Part shown: in pieces, positions 51,820 through 64,000 of the stretch | How positions within the stretch are numbered: the first letter of the stretch is position 1 | How the letters are laid out: each line of letters begins with the position of its first letter | Origin: Neoechinorhynchus agilis | Lineage: Eukaryota; Animalia; Acanthocephala | Direction: 5' to 3' | DNA: 64,000 nt | Assembly (NCBI GenBank): GCA_051530055.1 | Contig: CM121342.1 | Span: 13,407,480-13,471,479 of the forward strand | Translations under genes and position numbers: made by a program | The notes under the pieces: model-generated | Databases searched by the model: none | What the model saw: the letters and a program-made list of their open reading frames with translations, nothing else | What the model was told of the DNA's origin: nothing

Positions 51820-53302
51820 TGTTATATAGTGAGCCATCATGACACGCACTGCGCGTCCGATCGATAATGACCAAACGATGTTTGTGGGTGTGTGCGTTTG
51901 TTTTTGGTTTTTGCAGTTGGTCAGGTTTTGAAAAAACGTTAATAAAACTTATCATGAAGAGTGAAGATACTTCAACGGCGTATGTTCGAAAATAAAGATT
52001 ATCATTAGAACAGCTCGCCCAAGTGTCCATTTAAAAACCTGATCAATCATGCGGTTAGCAAATCAAGTAATGTTTCCACAAGTCTCGATAACCAAACAAC
52101 ATTCAAATTTTAGCGCTTACTTGCAGTTTCGGTTATTTTTTAGTCTTTAACCGCACTGCTTATATCTAAGAATTTCGAATTATTGGTTCGATCGTCTTTC
52201 AGGGAAACGTTTTTGGAATTTAATTCTAGATTCTATTCTTTACGGCCATCTCGGTCACCTATGAATTCAAAAACGATTTATTAGACCTAACGTGCCCTCC
52301 AAAACATTCTTCACCACTTTTCTGTTTTAAAAAATGAAAGATAACCTTTCATATAGACTTACTTATTGTGATGATGCTCCATATTTGCAAACGGCTTTCT
52401 TGGGGTGCAGCGAATCCAAATAGGATCGCGTTATAATGGAGACTATATTTATTCGCCAGGTTGGAACAGTTGAAGGCAATAAGGCGGATTTCAAAGTGAA
52501 TCTTAGTTCAGTGTGAATGTAACTATAACCAATATGTTTTTAGACCTCGATAGAGGCACAAAATTATGCCGAAATATTGGAAATTTTACGCCAGATACGA
52601 ATAAGCATAATTTGTTTGCAACCTTGATAAGTCTTAAGTCTAACATTGAAGTTTCGTGGGTGCTGGGATCAAAGAGATTGTTCTTTATCTGTTGAAAATG
52701 AAGCTGAGATCGGATTCGCGGCGGCTGTTGAACATGTATCCTTATTTTTGCTTTTTTTTTGTAGACTCGCCCGCCGGTTACTTTTTATTAACTATTCATA
52801 TGCGGCCTTTTATTCTCGGTTGATAATTTTTCTTGTGCGGTTCGAATCCGTTACCGCCAATGATGCACAACCAAAGGGGACGAAATACTGCTGAAAGGAG
52901 GAAACTCACTGATGAGTTTGGCCTCCTGGAGGTATCTGAGGATCGACAGGAATGTACAAACTCATAACCGGATGGTTTAGGGTATTGAGTGACCAGATCG
53001 GAGGGCTGTGTGTCTAAGGAACATTATCAGCCGAGAATAAAAGGCGGCACATAGATACTTAATAAAAATGTTGCCTTGTGTTTTAAAGCATCAAACGACA
53101 AATGCATTGCCAATAAAGATATCTTTCAAATTCGAATTCTCCCTGTCAAAAACCAAGAAGGCTCTTAAGAAAATTGAGCATAAATGAAGAACGTAAAGCT
53201 TTACAAATATGTCTAATAGTTTTTACACTGATAAAGAGCATTGGAAACATGAAATAAATATTTTATTACATTAATCTACTAAAACTATTTAAAATAATTG
53301 TA

Positions 53303-54769
53303 TCACAAATCAGCTGTTTCGCCATCCTCTTCCAATTCATCTATCACGATTTCGCCCTTATCAATGGCCCATGGCTGCACCTCCGCGGTTCCCGTCAATA
53401 TAAACGATAATCCTGAAATGAAATAACAAACAGCACAAATGCTAAATACAATGCGCCACTGGCTTGCCGATCCATCTTTTACTATCACGCCGACCATTGT
53501 CGGGCACAATACGCCTGGCAGGATTCCAAACGTGTTAGAAATGCCCCAGATTATGCCAGCAAATCTTGGCGCCATGTCGTTGGCACTGCAATACATCCCA
53601 CCTCCTGTATTAAATCCTGTCGTCGCCAAGACCAGCGTAAACAGCAGGGTACCGGCCCAAGCTGTCTTGGCCGTCACAAATCCTGTAAGGAATATGAAAA
53701 TTCCAGGTAGAAAGTTTCCAAGTGCTGTAAAAACTTTTCGGGCTTTTGTACGATCCATTGTTCCGGCGTTAATAAGTTTATCGCACATTACTCCGCAGAT
53801 CAAAGTCATTAGCCAGTAGAAGATATAGGGTACCGAACCCAAAAATCCGCTTTTCTTAACGTTGAAATTCAGAACGTCCTTGCTGTATGTACTTATGTTT
53901 GTCAGTAGAGTAAAAAATCCAACAGCCTTGAAAAAATGAGATGTAAACATTCCCCAACAAGGGATTGATGTAAATATGGCCTTGTACGGAACCTTTGGAG
54001 CTTCGCCAATTGCTGAAGAAATTGGTTTGTTTTGGCAAATATACTCGAGTTCGCGTTTGGGGATAAAGTGGTGATCTTCTGGCCGCGATCTTGCCAAAAG
54101 TGCCCATGCAATCGTCCACATTATTCCAAAGATTCCAGACACATAGAAAACCAGGGGCCATCCGTCCAAAAACGATTGCTCGCAAAGGACGGCGGATAGC
54201 GGAAGAGCGACAATTGTGCCCAATTGTGCTCCGGAATTGCTTATAGCAATTAATTGACTTCTTTCCTGAGCAGGAGCCCATTCACTGAGTAAATGTAAAA
54301 GCGCAGGCCAGTTGACGCTTGCAAGAAATCCAAGAAAAAAACGTACCAAAAACATTAGAACTGGACTTATGTTGGCTGCGAATGGCGTCGCCAGAGTACA
54401 CAAAGAACTTCCAGTTACTGATATTATCAACACTCGTTGAGGTCCGAGTTTGAATGCCAGAACGCCTCCAATTGCTTGAGTTAAAAGATATCCGTAGAAA
54501 TATGCAGACAAGATGTATCCTTGGACTTTTCGATTCCAGTCAATTACATTCTTATTGGAAGAGGATGTATTTAGTTCTTGATAATGACCTTTCGTTTCAT
54601 TGAAAACAACGCTGGTCAAGTTTGCTTTATCTGTCATACTAACAATCGCCTGAGTAAGATTTACCCGTTGGAGATAGTTGACTACCAAGCATAAACATGC
54701 CAAGATTGCGATCATCAGCCGGGTGGAGCAAACGAGTCGAGGAGCAGGAGTGTTTCTCGGTTGATTCAT
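53303..54769 (-). CDS. SLC17/sialin-like transporter, copy A3 (488 aa)
   Basis: Intact ORF, near-identical to A4. Confidence 0.95.
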   Translation of the reverse strand: MNQPRNTPAPRLVCSTRLMIAILACLCLVVNYLQRVNLTQAIVSMTDKANLTSVVFNETKGHYQELNTSSSNKNVIDWNRKVQGYILSAYFYGYLLTQAIGGVLAFKLGPQRVLIISVTGSSLCTLATPFAANISPVLMFLVRFFLGFLASVNWPALLHLLSEWAPAQERSQLIAISNSGAQLGTIVALPLSAVLCEQSFLDGWPLVFYVSGIFGIMWTIAWALLARSRPEDHHFIPKRELEYICQNKPISSAIGEAPKVPYKAIFTSIPCWGMFTSHFFKAVGFFTLLTNISTYSKDVLNFNVKKSGFLGSVPYIFYWLMTLICGVMCDKLINAGTMDRTKARKVFTALGNFLPGIFIFLTGFVTAKTAWAGTLLFTLVLATTGFNTGGGMYCSANDMAPRFAGIIWGISNTFGILPGVLCPTMVGVIVKDGSASQWRIVFSICAVCYFISGLSFILTGTAEVQPWAIDKGEIVIDELEEDGETADL

Positions 54770-57700
54770 CTATAAATGCGAGTCCACAGGAAAAGTTCTT
54801 GAAGATTTCTAAGTTCGATTTTGGTGTACTGATATAATTGTCGCTCTTTTCTCTGGAGAATGAATTGATCGATATGATTCGACGAAAATTGGCACAAGAA
54901 ATCTATCAGAAAGTTTAGAAGCTGTTTTGTCGCAAATGAGAGTTCGTTAATGAAAATCGATACTCCTTAGATGTATGAAAAAAATGAGCCCTACTTAAAC
55001 TCACAAAGGAAAACCTCTTGGGCTCTATTCAATTGATGATCGCGTCAATACAAACATTACCTAGATAGTTGCGACGAATTAAGAGGATGGCTTTCAGCTA
55101 CATTCAGCAAGCTTCAAGGAAACCGATCAATCCCCTTCTGTTGGCGACCAGCTTCACCGCCTTTAAGCAAAACGATTGAATGAAACTCAAACATCGCAGA
55201 AATTCGGATAAATAAGCGACCTTGATAACGTATAAAAAAATTTTTGTTGAAATAAGAAAGATCACCTAAGTGCCGTATTGATATGTTTTTTAGATATAAA
55301 GTTTTATGAGAATTGGTTCGCTGTTAAAGCAATTGAAGTTCCGATCGCTCGGTTAAAGGATTTCGAGTGAGATGAACAAAGCTGAAAATGTCCGGTAAAA
55401 ATATAAAACGTTAAAGACGATAAAACGCAAATAAAGTACTACGTTTCAACTAACTGACTGGAATGAATTTGAAGACAATAATTTATTAATCATCGAGAGA
55501 AATTTCTTTGGAATGATAAAGCTAATCAATACAAAAGAACAAATATGTTTTTAGAAGTGTTTTATTCGGGATTCACAAAATGGAAGCAGTCTTATGCAAA
55601 TATTTACAGTCGAATAAACCCGTCGCAGTAAGATAGCGCCTTGAGCTAAGGAGATTTTTTGCACTTCGTAATTTTGTTGGAAAATTTAAGTCCTGTCAGA
55701 AATGTATTCCCTTGGTCTTTATTATAATCGCTCAGGTACAAAGGTCAAGAAAAACCAACAGCGCATTTCATAAATATAAAATTCAACTATGCCGATTTTT
55801 TTGCATCGCAAGTTATTTTAATGCTTGATTTTTGCTTTGACGGTTACAAAATAGCGCAATGTTTTTGCTACAATTTCACACAATCATTTTTAAAAAGATT
55901 TTACTGTAAGTTCGGCGGTGCTTTACTTGTCCAGTTCGTTCATCGAATACTTTAGATTAAACCCCATCGCATTTTAAAGAGTAACATTCACAAAAGTATT
56001 TCCTTATAACTTTTACTAGGAATTCGGATAATATGTGGCTCAAATTTAATCTTCATCGTCCTCAGACACGTATAATCTCATCGAGGATAGCATGGTACCG
56101 ACTGGGTTCACGGTGTAACTCTCATTTGCAGTTCTCAGCGATTAAAACAAATTCTTGAGCGTTTCACTTTCATCAAGATCCTCGAGCCCGGAATCGCTTT
56201 AAAAGTCCGACGACTGTGACGAACTGGTACATAACAACTCTTTGTCTATACTCTTTAAAATATCATTTCCGTCAATAGAAGTGCAATCATTCTTGATACT
56301 TCAAGGTTCCTAGGCGCCTTCCATCAATCCACTTCTACCCTTGGCAAAGTCACCGTGGATCGCCTTTGGTATCAGATCAAGTTGAAATCTAACGCTCATA
56401 GAAGATGTCACGTATTTTTCATGAAGCTCCGGAACAAGGCCAAGTTGGTCTACGCAATCTGCCTTATGCGCTTTAAGCCAACCGCAATACAGTTTGGAGC
56501 TTTGTGTTCCTATTGTTTGAGTAATTTGATGAGAAGGATTACAAGGGACGGCTGATACGCTCCGGACTGCATTAATTTTGGAATACAGCAATTTGTGACC
56601 GCGTCTCGTTATTTTTGCAACTCCGGTTTGCTTGCCCCGTTCAAAAGCGATCGTGCGAATGTTTGGATTGCATAAAAACTGGCGGCATATTGAACACAGA
56701 GAAATTTTATTCTTTTTAATCTCTTTTGCAATTTATATAGGGAATGTTGTTTAAAGGATTTTCAAGAAAAAAAAAGAACGGAGTATTTTTTCTTTTATAT
56801 TTAGAGGGAATCGATTTGTAAAAATGTATAGGGCAAGTAGTTAATTTTTTAGCCTGATTTTTGGTAGCGTTATTTATACAACTAACTAGAATTGCCCTTG
56901 GAATGAAATTTTGGTCATAAGCCTTTTCAAACTGGTTACACAAACAAAGTAGAATGATATATCTCAAATTGAGCTTGCCGTCATGGACAGCGAAGAAGTG
57001 AATTCGACCATGTGATAGATGAACATTTTTTTATCAAAAATCAAAAGGTATTTTATGGCTCTTAAATTAATTGGCGATTATCGTTAAACTTTCTGAAAAG
57101 TGCACGATTGTTTTGAAGACATTGAATAGTTAACGTCCTAATAAACTATAGTGACCAGTCAAAGAATTCTTAAACGACATTACGACATTCAACTGTTAAA
57201 GAGAAGTCGCTTAGTAGGACAAAGAGGCGCGATAAAATGGTAAGATGATCTTCTTTGAGATCTCAATTAATTCGCTTTTTTTACAGTCCTGAAATCCTTT
57301 TCTTCATTTCGGTGGCGTTATCAGATACATGTTTATGAAACTCCTTAACAACTGTCTCATCTCTTACCAAATGTATCTTTCCATTAGCGACGATAATCCA
57401 TCTAGGAAATAGGCACGCTCAACCAATAATAATCGAAAACCTTCGGCTGAATGAATTATTCGTATCACACATTCGTTCTGTGCACTAAAATCGAATAATA
57501 GTCTCGTAATCATCAATTGGTCGTCTATAATGACGGGTTGTCTGGCACGATCGGATTTCATTTCTAGGCGAAAAATACATTGGTGGCGATCTTCTTCAAA
57601 GTCCCTTAATCTGAATTAACTTTACTGTTTCGATTGAGGACTGCGCATATTGGACACCTTAATGGACATTCGATATGACATTTAAAGTTGACTAAAGAGT

Positions 57701-57902
57701 AATTCCAAATGCAATAAAATCTTATCGCGAAAACATAGCCCGTCATAAATATGCAATCGTCTACGATCTCGTACTTTTTCATCGTGATCAAGAGTTCAGT
57801 TTTACAAAGGAACTGAGGAACTTCAAATTGACTGTACCACGAGTTGGAGCATTCGCGAACAGCTTTATTCAGTGCATCACTCAGCAATCTACAATTGCGC
57901 TC

Positions 57903-58162
57903 TTAAAGGTCCGCAAGGATGTAATGTGTTCGTAAACTTCCTTCCTTCGAGTTTCAGTGATGGCGACTTGTACGATTTGTTCTGTCCGTACGGCATTGTC
58001 TTGTCGACCAAAGTTTTCTTTGATAGAGTAACCAATAGAAGCATATGCTTCGGCTTCGTTAGCTACGACAACCGTTCCGCTGCAGATGCTGCTATCAGAA
58101 GTCTTCATAACTGTGTTGTTGGTAACAAGAAGATTGACGTAGAATTGAAAAAAAATCAGTGA
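57903..58162 (+). pseudogene. CELF RRM3-only fragment (B3) at a deletion junction
   Basis: caattgcgctc|ttaaaggtccg joins the 42995-equivalent of block A to the 45359-equivalent of block B. Confidence 0.85.
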
Positions 58163-59858
58163 ATTCTAAGTGCGCCGCGTCTTTGAACTTTAAACTTTAA
58201 GTTTTATTTTTGTCGGTTGTTTGCGTTTATTCATTTTTTATGTCGCTTTGTTCGGTTGGAGCAAATGTTCTTGGAATCTGCTGATTTTTTTATATAAATA
58301 CCATTTCGCGATTTATCATGTTGATTGTTCTGTTTGTGTGCGATTGTGCTCACATGTAACCAATTGTTTTGTTTGTCCGATGAGCAAATTCCAATTAAAA
58401 TCGATCACATTTTTAAACTTAGAATTGTAATGAAGATACTCCTGGCTAAGAGGTATTTAATTGCTACGAAATATTTCGAAGGAGGAAACCTCGTCATAAA
58501 ACATTTGAACAATGGTAGCAATAAAATACCTATTAATATAGGGTATCTTCACCACAATTTTAACTTTATCATCTACAAGCATTGTCTCTAAAAGATTAAC
58601 ATTTTTAAACTCTTCTTTGCCTTCTTCATCCAAAAGCCGAGTTTTTGTGTTCTCTGCGACTCGTTTTTTCAGACTGATTTTTAATCAACCCTGGTTTTGC
58701 ATTTCACTAGTTTGAATAATTGTGGACGTGTGCGTAATTAACCCGCTTTGTTGTCGATCGTTCTTATCTAGGAACATTAAATAATAACAGCCTTTATTTT
58801 TTATCTTTTACTGTGCTGGAAAAGTAACGCATAGCTATTTAAAATAATGAAAAGTGGATCCTATTTATATCGTTGAAAGCTTCCTTTCAGTTGTGGAATG
58901 CGACTTCAATGGCACACAAATTTCCTATAAGAGACAATAAACTAAAACTTGTAATATTTGTTCTTAGGGTGTATTTTGACAGCGATTGAGGCTGGTCATT
59001 GCATCGCACATTCAGAGAATTGAGTAAGCCCTTTACATTTCACACATATAAACTCGTTCTCTTGCGCAGTGGGCTAATCACCATCGCCAGGAAGCGAGAT
59101 AATCGATACGCAAGTCCATTGACAGCCGAAATAATTGGTCTGTATATAAGCAAATTTATGTTGAGATGCACATTACAGTTATGATTTGTTCATCGTCATT
59201 AACGGAGAAACAATTGGCGATGGACAGAATAAACGCAATTTTCACTAATAATGGATATACACGTAAAAGGGAAATCACGCGGTTGCAGCAGCGGTGAGGA
59301 AAACCGATTCTCGGGAGTTCATATATAATTGAAAAGTTCACTAGTGACTTTCGAAAGCTTCTGCGGCGATCGAGAATAGATGTTCGGATTATCCACAGAA
59401 GCGCGCCTATACTAAAGCGAACCCTAGCGAGAACTGAGCATCATTAAACGCTCGAAATATGTCAAGCATCGTCCTTGATATGTGTATGCGCCGGAGAGAT
59501 TTGCACCCGAAGCAAAGTCGTCTACGAGATGACCAACGAACGATGTTGGGCGATGACAATCGCGGGCGGGGATCATCTATAGATATGCAAAATTGAACGG
59601 CCTTTGCGTCAACGTTTGACGGAATACATTCGCAATGCACTGAATCCGGACGCAAAATCATGGCCATACCGCGGGTAAAACACCACGCATAGTGCTACAG
59701 CGACGGAGAAGTAAAACTCTCGATGCCAGTTAAGTTTGTGGTCAAGGACCCCTAACGGTTGGAAGGGATATGATGTTTACGCAGACAATGCGGGGAAGAG
59801 TTCTAGAAATCAGCGCGACAAATGCCCAGATCTATTCGACAATGAGCATGAACTTTCG

Positions 59859-61022
59859 ATGAAGTCTTTGGCCAGGATATACGTCTGGTGGCCACGATTG
59901 GATAAAGCGATCGAAGACTATGTGAGTCGATGTCAGGCGTGTCAAGAATGGCTACCGAAGCAACCAGAGGTGGATATGATACCTTGGGATGTGCCGAGGA
60001 CTCCCTGGGAGCGGATCCACATAGATTACGCTGGTCCAGTGCAGAACACAGTGTGGCTCATCGTGGTCGATGCGTTCACGAAGTGGCCAGAGGTAATCGA
60101 AGTGCGCTCGACGCCGATTATTCTGCCTTTTTTTATCCAAAAAAAATGTGGCCATGGATAACAGTTCAAGCATCCGATCCGAAACGTTTCAAGACATCCT
60201 AATGAGTAATGGAAGTAAACCTATTTATTGGACACCATACCACCCTCGTACTAACTGTCAAGCCGATCAATTTGTTCGAACAGTAAAAGAGAGGGTTTTC
60301 AGATGTTTCCCTCGATGCGCGTACGAAAAACAATTACAAAGCTTTCTATTAAGCTACAGAAACTGTCCAAATGCGACGACCGGGGTAAGTCCTGCGGTGG
60401 CGATGTTCGGACGCCCAATTCGAGTACTATTCGATAACCTTCACAAGGACGACCACGACACTAGGGTGGAAAAAAAAGAAAAATGGAAGGATAAGCACGA
60501 CCAAGGCTCAAAATGGAGGGAATTCGAGAAGAACGAGCAGGTGTGGTGCAAGACGCAACATGATCGACGATGGTGTTCAGAGCGAGTGGAGAATCGAAAT
60601 GGTCCCGTCTCCTATAAAGTTAGGACCGAAAGAGGGATAGAGAGAAAACACGCTGATCACCTGAGACCAGCAGTAGCCATAGCAGAGGCAGGGGAATTGC
60701 CGCACGGGGAACAAACGCCCAATGAGCCCATCAATGATGAACCAACGAATGAGACGGAAAGGGGATCCAATGTCACGGACCCATTGCGAAGGAGTACGAG
60801 AATACGACGTCGACCTGAGTGGTTAAGCGATTACGACACCTCCGGTCTCAATTAAGGAGGGGAGAAATGTTATATAGTGAGCCATCATGACACGCACTGC
60901 GCGTCCGATCGATAATGACCAAACGATGTTTGTGGGTGTGTGCGTTTGTTTTTGGTTTTTGCAGTTGGTCAGGTTTTGAAAAAACGTTAATAAAACTTAT
61001 CATGAAGAGTGAAGATACTTCA
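59859..61022 (+). mobile_element. 3' portion of the same gypsy element (integrase, PPT, LTR 60868-61022)
   Basis: Near-identical to 50791-51974 with the same right flank acggcgtatgttcg. Confidence 0.93.
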
Positions 61023-62348
61023 ACGGCGTATGTTCGAAAATAAAGATTATCATTACAACAGCTCGCCCAAGTGTCCATTTAAAAACCTGATCAATCATGC
61101 GGTTAGCAAATCAAGTAATGTTTCCACAAGTCTCGATAACCAAACAACATTCAAATTTTAGCGCTTACTTGCAGTTTCGGTTATTTTTTAGTCTTTAACC
61201 GCACTGCTTATATCTAAGAATTTCGAATTATTGGTTCGATCGTCTTTCAGGGAAACGTTTTTGGAATTTAATTCTAGATTCTATTCTTTACGGCCATCTC
61301 GGTCACCTATGAATTCAAAAACGATTTATTAGACCTAACGTGCCCTCCAAAACATTCTTCACCACTTTTCTGTTTTAAAAAATGAAAGATAACCTTTCAT
61401 ATAGACTTACTTATTGTGATGATGCTCCATATTTGCAAACGGCTTTCTTGGGGTGCAGCGAATCCAAATAGGATCGCGTTATAATGGAGACTATATTTAT
61501 TCGCCAGGTTGGAACAGTTGAAGGCAATAAGGCGGATTTCAAAGTGAATCTTAGTTCAGTGTGAATGTAACTATAACCAATATGTTTTTAGACCTCGATA
61601 GAGGCACAAAATTATGCCGAAATATTGGAAATTTTACGCCAGATACGAATAAGCATAATTTGTTTGCAACCTTGATAAGTCTTAAGTCTAACATTGAAGT
61701 TTCGTGGGTGCTGGGATCAAAGAGATTGTTCTTTATCTGTTGAAAATGAAGCTGAGATCGGATTCGCGGCGGCTGTTGAACATGTATCCTTATTTTTGCT
61801 TTTTTTTGTAGACTCGCCCGCCGGTTACTTTTTATTAAGTATCTATGTGCGGTCTTTTATTCTCGGTTGATAATTTTTCTTGTGTGGTCCGAATCCGTTA
61901 CCGCCAGTGATGCACAACCAAAGGGGACGAAATACTGATGAAAGGAGGAAACTCACTGATGAGTTTGGCCTCCTGGAGGTATCTGAGGATCGGCAGGAAT
62001 GTACAAACTCATAACCGGATGGTTTAGGGTATTGAGTGACCAGATCGGAGGGCTGTGTGTCCAAGGAACATTATCAGCCGAGAATAAAAGGCGGCACATA
62101 GATACTTAATAAAAATGTTGCCTTGTGTTTTAAAGCATCAAACGACAAATGCATTGCCAATAAAGATATCTTTCAAATTCGAATTCTCCCTGTCAAAAAC
62201 CAAGAAGGCTCTTAAGAAAATTGAGCATAAATGAAGAACGTAAAGCTTTACAAATATGTCTAATAGTTTTTACACTGATAAAGAGCATTGGAAACATGAA
62301 ATAAATATTTTATTACTTAATCTACTAAAACTATTTAAAATAATTGTA

Positions 62349-63815
62349 TCACAAATCAGCTGTTTCGCCATCCTCTTCCAATTCATCTATCACGATTTCG
62401 CCCTTATCAAGGGCCCATGGCTGCACCTCCGCGGTTCCCGTCAATATAAACGATAATCCTGAAATGAAATAACAAACAGCACAAATGCTAAATACAATGC
62501 GCCACTGGCTTGCCGATCCATCTTTTACTATCACGCCGACCATTGTCGGGCACAATACGCCTGGCAGGATTCCAAACGTGTTAGAAATGCCCCAGATTAT
62601 GCCAGCAAATCTTGGCGCCATGTCGTTGGCACTGCAATACATCCCACCTCCTGTATTAAATCCTGTCGTCGCCAAGACCAGCGTAAACAGCAGGGTACCG
62701 GCCCAAGCTGTCTTGGCCGTCACAAATCCTGTAAGGAATATGAAAATTCCAGGTAGAAAGTTTCCAAGTGCTGTAAAAACTTTTCGGGCTTTTGTACGAT
62801 CCATTGTTCCGGCGTTAATAAGTTTATCGCACATTACTCCGCAGATCAAAGTCATTAGCCAGTAGAAGATATAGGGTACCGAACCCAAAAATCCGCTTTT
62901 CTTAACGTTGAAATTCAGAACGTCCTTGCTGTACGTACTTATGTTTGTCAGTAGAGTAAAAAATCCAACAGCCTTGAAAAAATGAGATGTAAACATTCCC
63001 CAACAAGGGATTGATGTAAATATGGCCTTGTACGGAACCTTTGGAGCTTCGCCAATTGCTGAAGAAATTGGTTTGTTTTGGCAAATATACTCGAGTTCGC
63101 GTTTGGGGATAAAGTGGTGATCTTCTGGCCGCGATCTTGCCAAAAGTGCCCATGCAATCGTCCACATTATTCCAAAGATTCCAGACACATAGAAAACCAG
63201 GGGCCATCCGTCCAAAAACGATTGCTCGCAAAGGACGGCGGATAGCGGAAGAGCGACAATTGTGCCCAATTGTGCTCCGGAATTGCTTATAGCAATTAAT
63301 TGACTTCTTTCCTGAGCAGGAGCCCATTCACTGAGTAAATGTAAAAGCGCAGGCCAGTTGACGCTTGCAAGAAATCCAAGAAAAAAACGTACCAAAAACA
63401 TTAGAACTGGACTTATGTTGGCTGCGAATGGCGTCGCCAGAGTACACAAAGAACTTCCAGTTACTGATATTATCAACACTCGTTGAGGTCCGAGTTTGAA
63501 TGCCAGAACGCCTCCAATTGCTTGAGTTAAAAGATATCCGTAGAAATATGCAGACAAGATGTATCCTTGGACTTTTCGATTCCAGTCAATTACATTCTTA
63601 TTGGAAGAGGATGTATTTAGTTCTTGATAATGACCTTTCGTTTCATTGAAAACAACGCTGGTCAAGTTTGCTTTATCTGTCATACTAACAATCGCCTGAG
63701 TAAGATTTACCCGTTGGAGATAGTTGACTACCAAGCATAAACATGCCAAGATTGCGATCATCAGCCGGGTGGAGCAAACGAGTCGAGGAGCAGGAGTGTT
63801 TCTCGGTTGATTCAT
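62349..63815 (-). CDS. SLC17/sialin-like transporter, copy A4 (488 aa)
   Basis: Intact ORF; the only protein difference I noticed from A3 is WALDK vs WAIDK. Confidence 0.95.
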   Translation of the reverse strand: MNQPRNTPAPRLVCSTRLMIAILACLCLVVNYLQRVNLTQAIVSMTDKANLTSVVFNETKGHYQELNTSSSNKNVIDWNRKVQGYILSAYFYGYLLTQAIGGVLAFKLGPQRVLIISVTGSSLCTLATPFAANISPVLMFLVRFFLGFLASVNWPALLHLLSEWAPAQERSQLIAISNSGAQLGTIVALPLSAVLCEQSFLDGWPLVFYVSGIFGIMWTIAWALLARSRPEDHHFIPKRELEYICQNKPISSAIGEAPKVPYKAIFTSIPCWGMFTSHFFKAVGFFTLLTNISTYSKDVLNFNVKKSGFLGSVPYIFYWLMTLICGVMCDKLINAGTMDRTKARKVFTALGNFLPGIFIFLTGFVTAKTAWAGTLLFTLVLATTGFNTGGGMYCSANDMAPRFAGIIWGISNTFGILPGVLCPTMVGVIVKDGSASQWRIVFSICAVCYFISGLSFILTGTAEVQPWALDKGEIVIDELEEDGETADL

Positions 63816-64000
63816 CTATAAATGCGAGTCCACAGGAAAAGTTCTTGAAGATTTCTAAGTTCGATTTTGGTGTACTGATATAATCGTCGCTCTTTTCTCT
63901 GGAGAATGAATTGATCGATATGATTCGACGAAAATTGGCACAAGAAATCTATCAGAAAGTTTAGAAGCTGTTTTCCGCAATGAGAGTTCGTTAATGAAAA

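Larger units (their letters stand above)
47848..51974 (+). mobile_element. Ty3/gypsy (Mag-like) LTR retrotransposon, frameshifted; 155-bp LTRs at 47848-48002 and 51820-51974
   Basis: TG..CA LTRs; gag LRDRF.IGL, CCHC CFNCGRFGHFAWNC; protease NTGA; RT WATPIV, LDLKDAY, YLDD; RNase H CDAS, TDHKPL; integrase HPG..WWP..CQAC, IHIDYAGP, VVDAFTKWPE. Confidence 0.95.

Overview
Eukaryotic (invertebrate metazoan) genomic DNA, AT-rich, with mostly very short GT-AG introns (about 44-51 nt); the taxon cannot be fixed from the sequence. The left half holds single-copy genes: a hillarin/KY-type protein, an unknown secreted protein, PPM1D/Wip1, a multi-C-type-lectin protein, POLE4, a myristoylated neuronal calcium sensor and EEF1AKMT1. 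These are mixed with Penelope-like (PLE), LINE and tRNA-SINE relics. From about 31 kb the window is a tandem segmental array in which a CELF block (B) and an intronless SLC17 transporter block (A) recur three times. It contains three full-length SLC17 ORFs, plus an older SLC17 pseudogene at 17.7 kb, and progressively truncated CELF copies. It also contains a LINE whose (TAA)n tail has grown to about 470 bp, with a 10-bp TSD and two empty paralogous sites, and a decayed Mag-type Ty3/gypsy element. The most distinctive signals are three. First, a PLE-linked fold-back system: a nested series of palindromes sharing one terminus, hammerhead-ribozyme-like cores, a SINE with an inverted copy of its own 3' end, and an SLC17 segment bracketed by direct PLE-derived repeats. 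Second, three introns whose homology-predicted joins are not GT-AG. Third, the SLC17 amplification itself. All homology calls are from motif recognition, not database searches, and repeat boundaries are approximate unless stated exactly.
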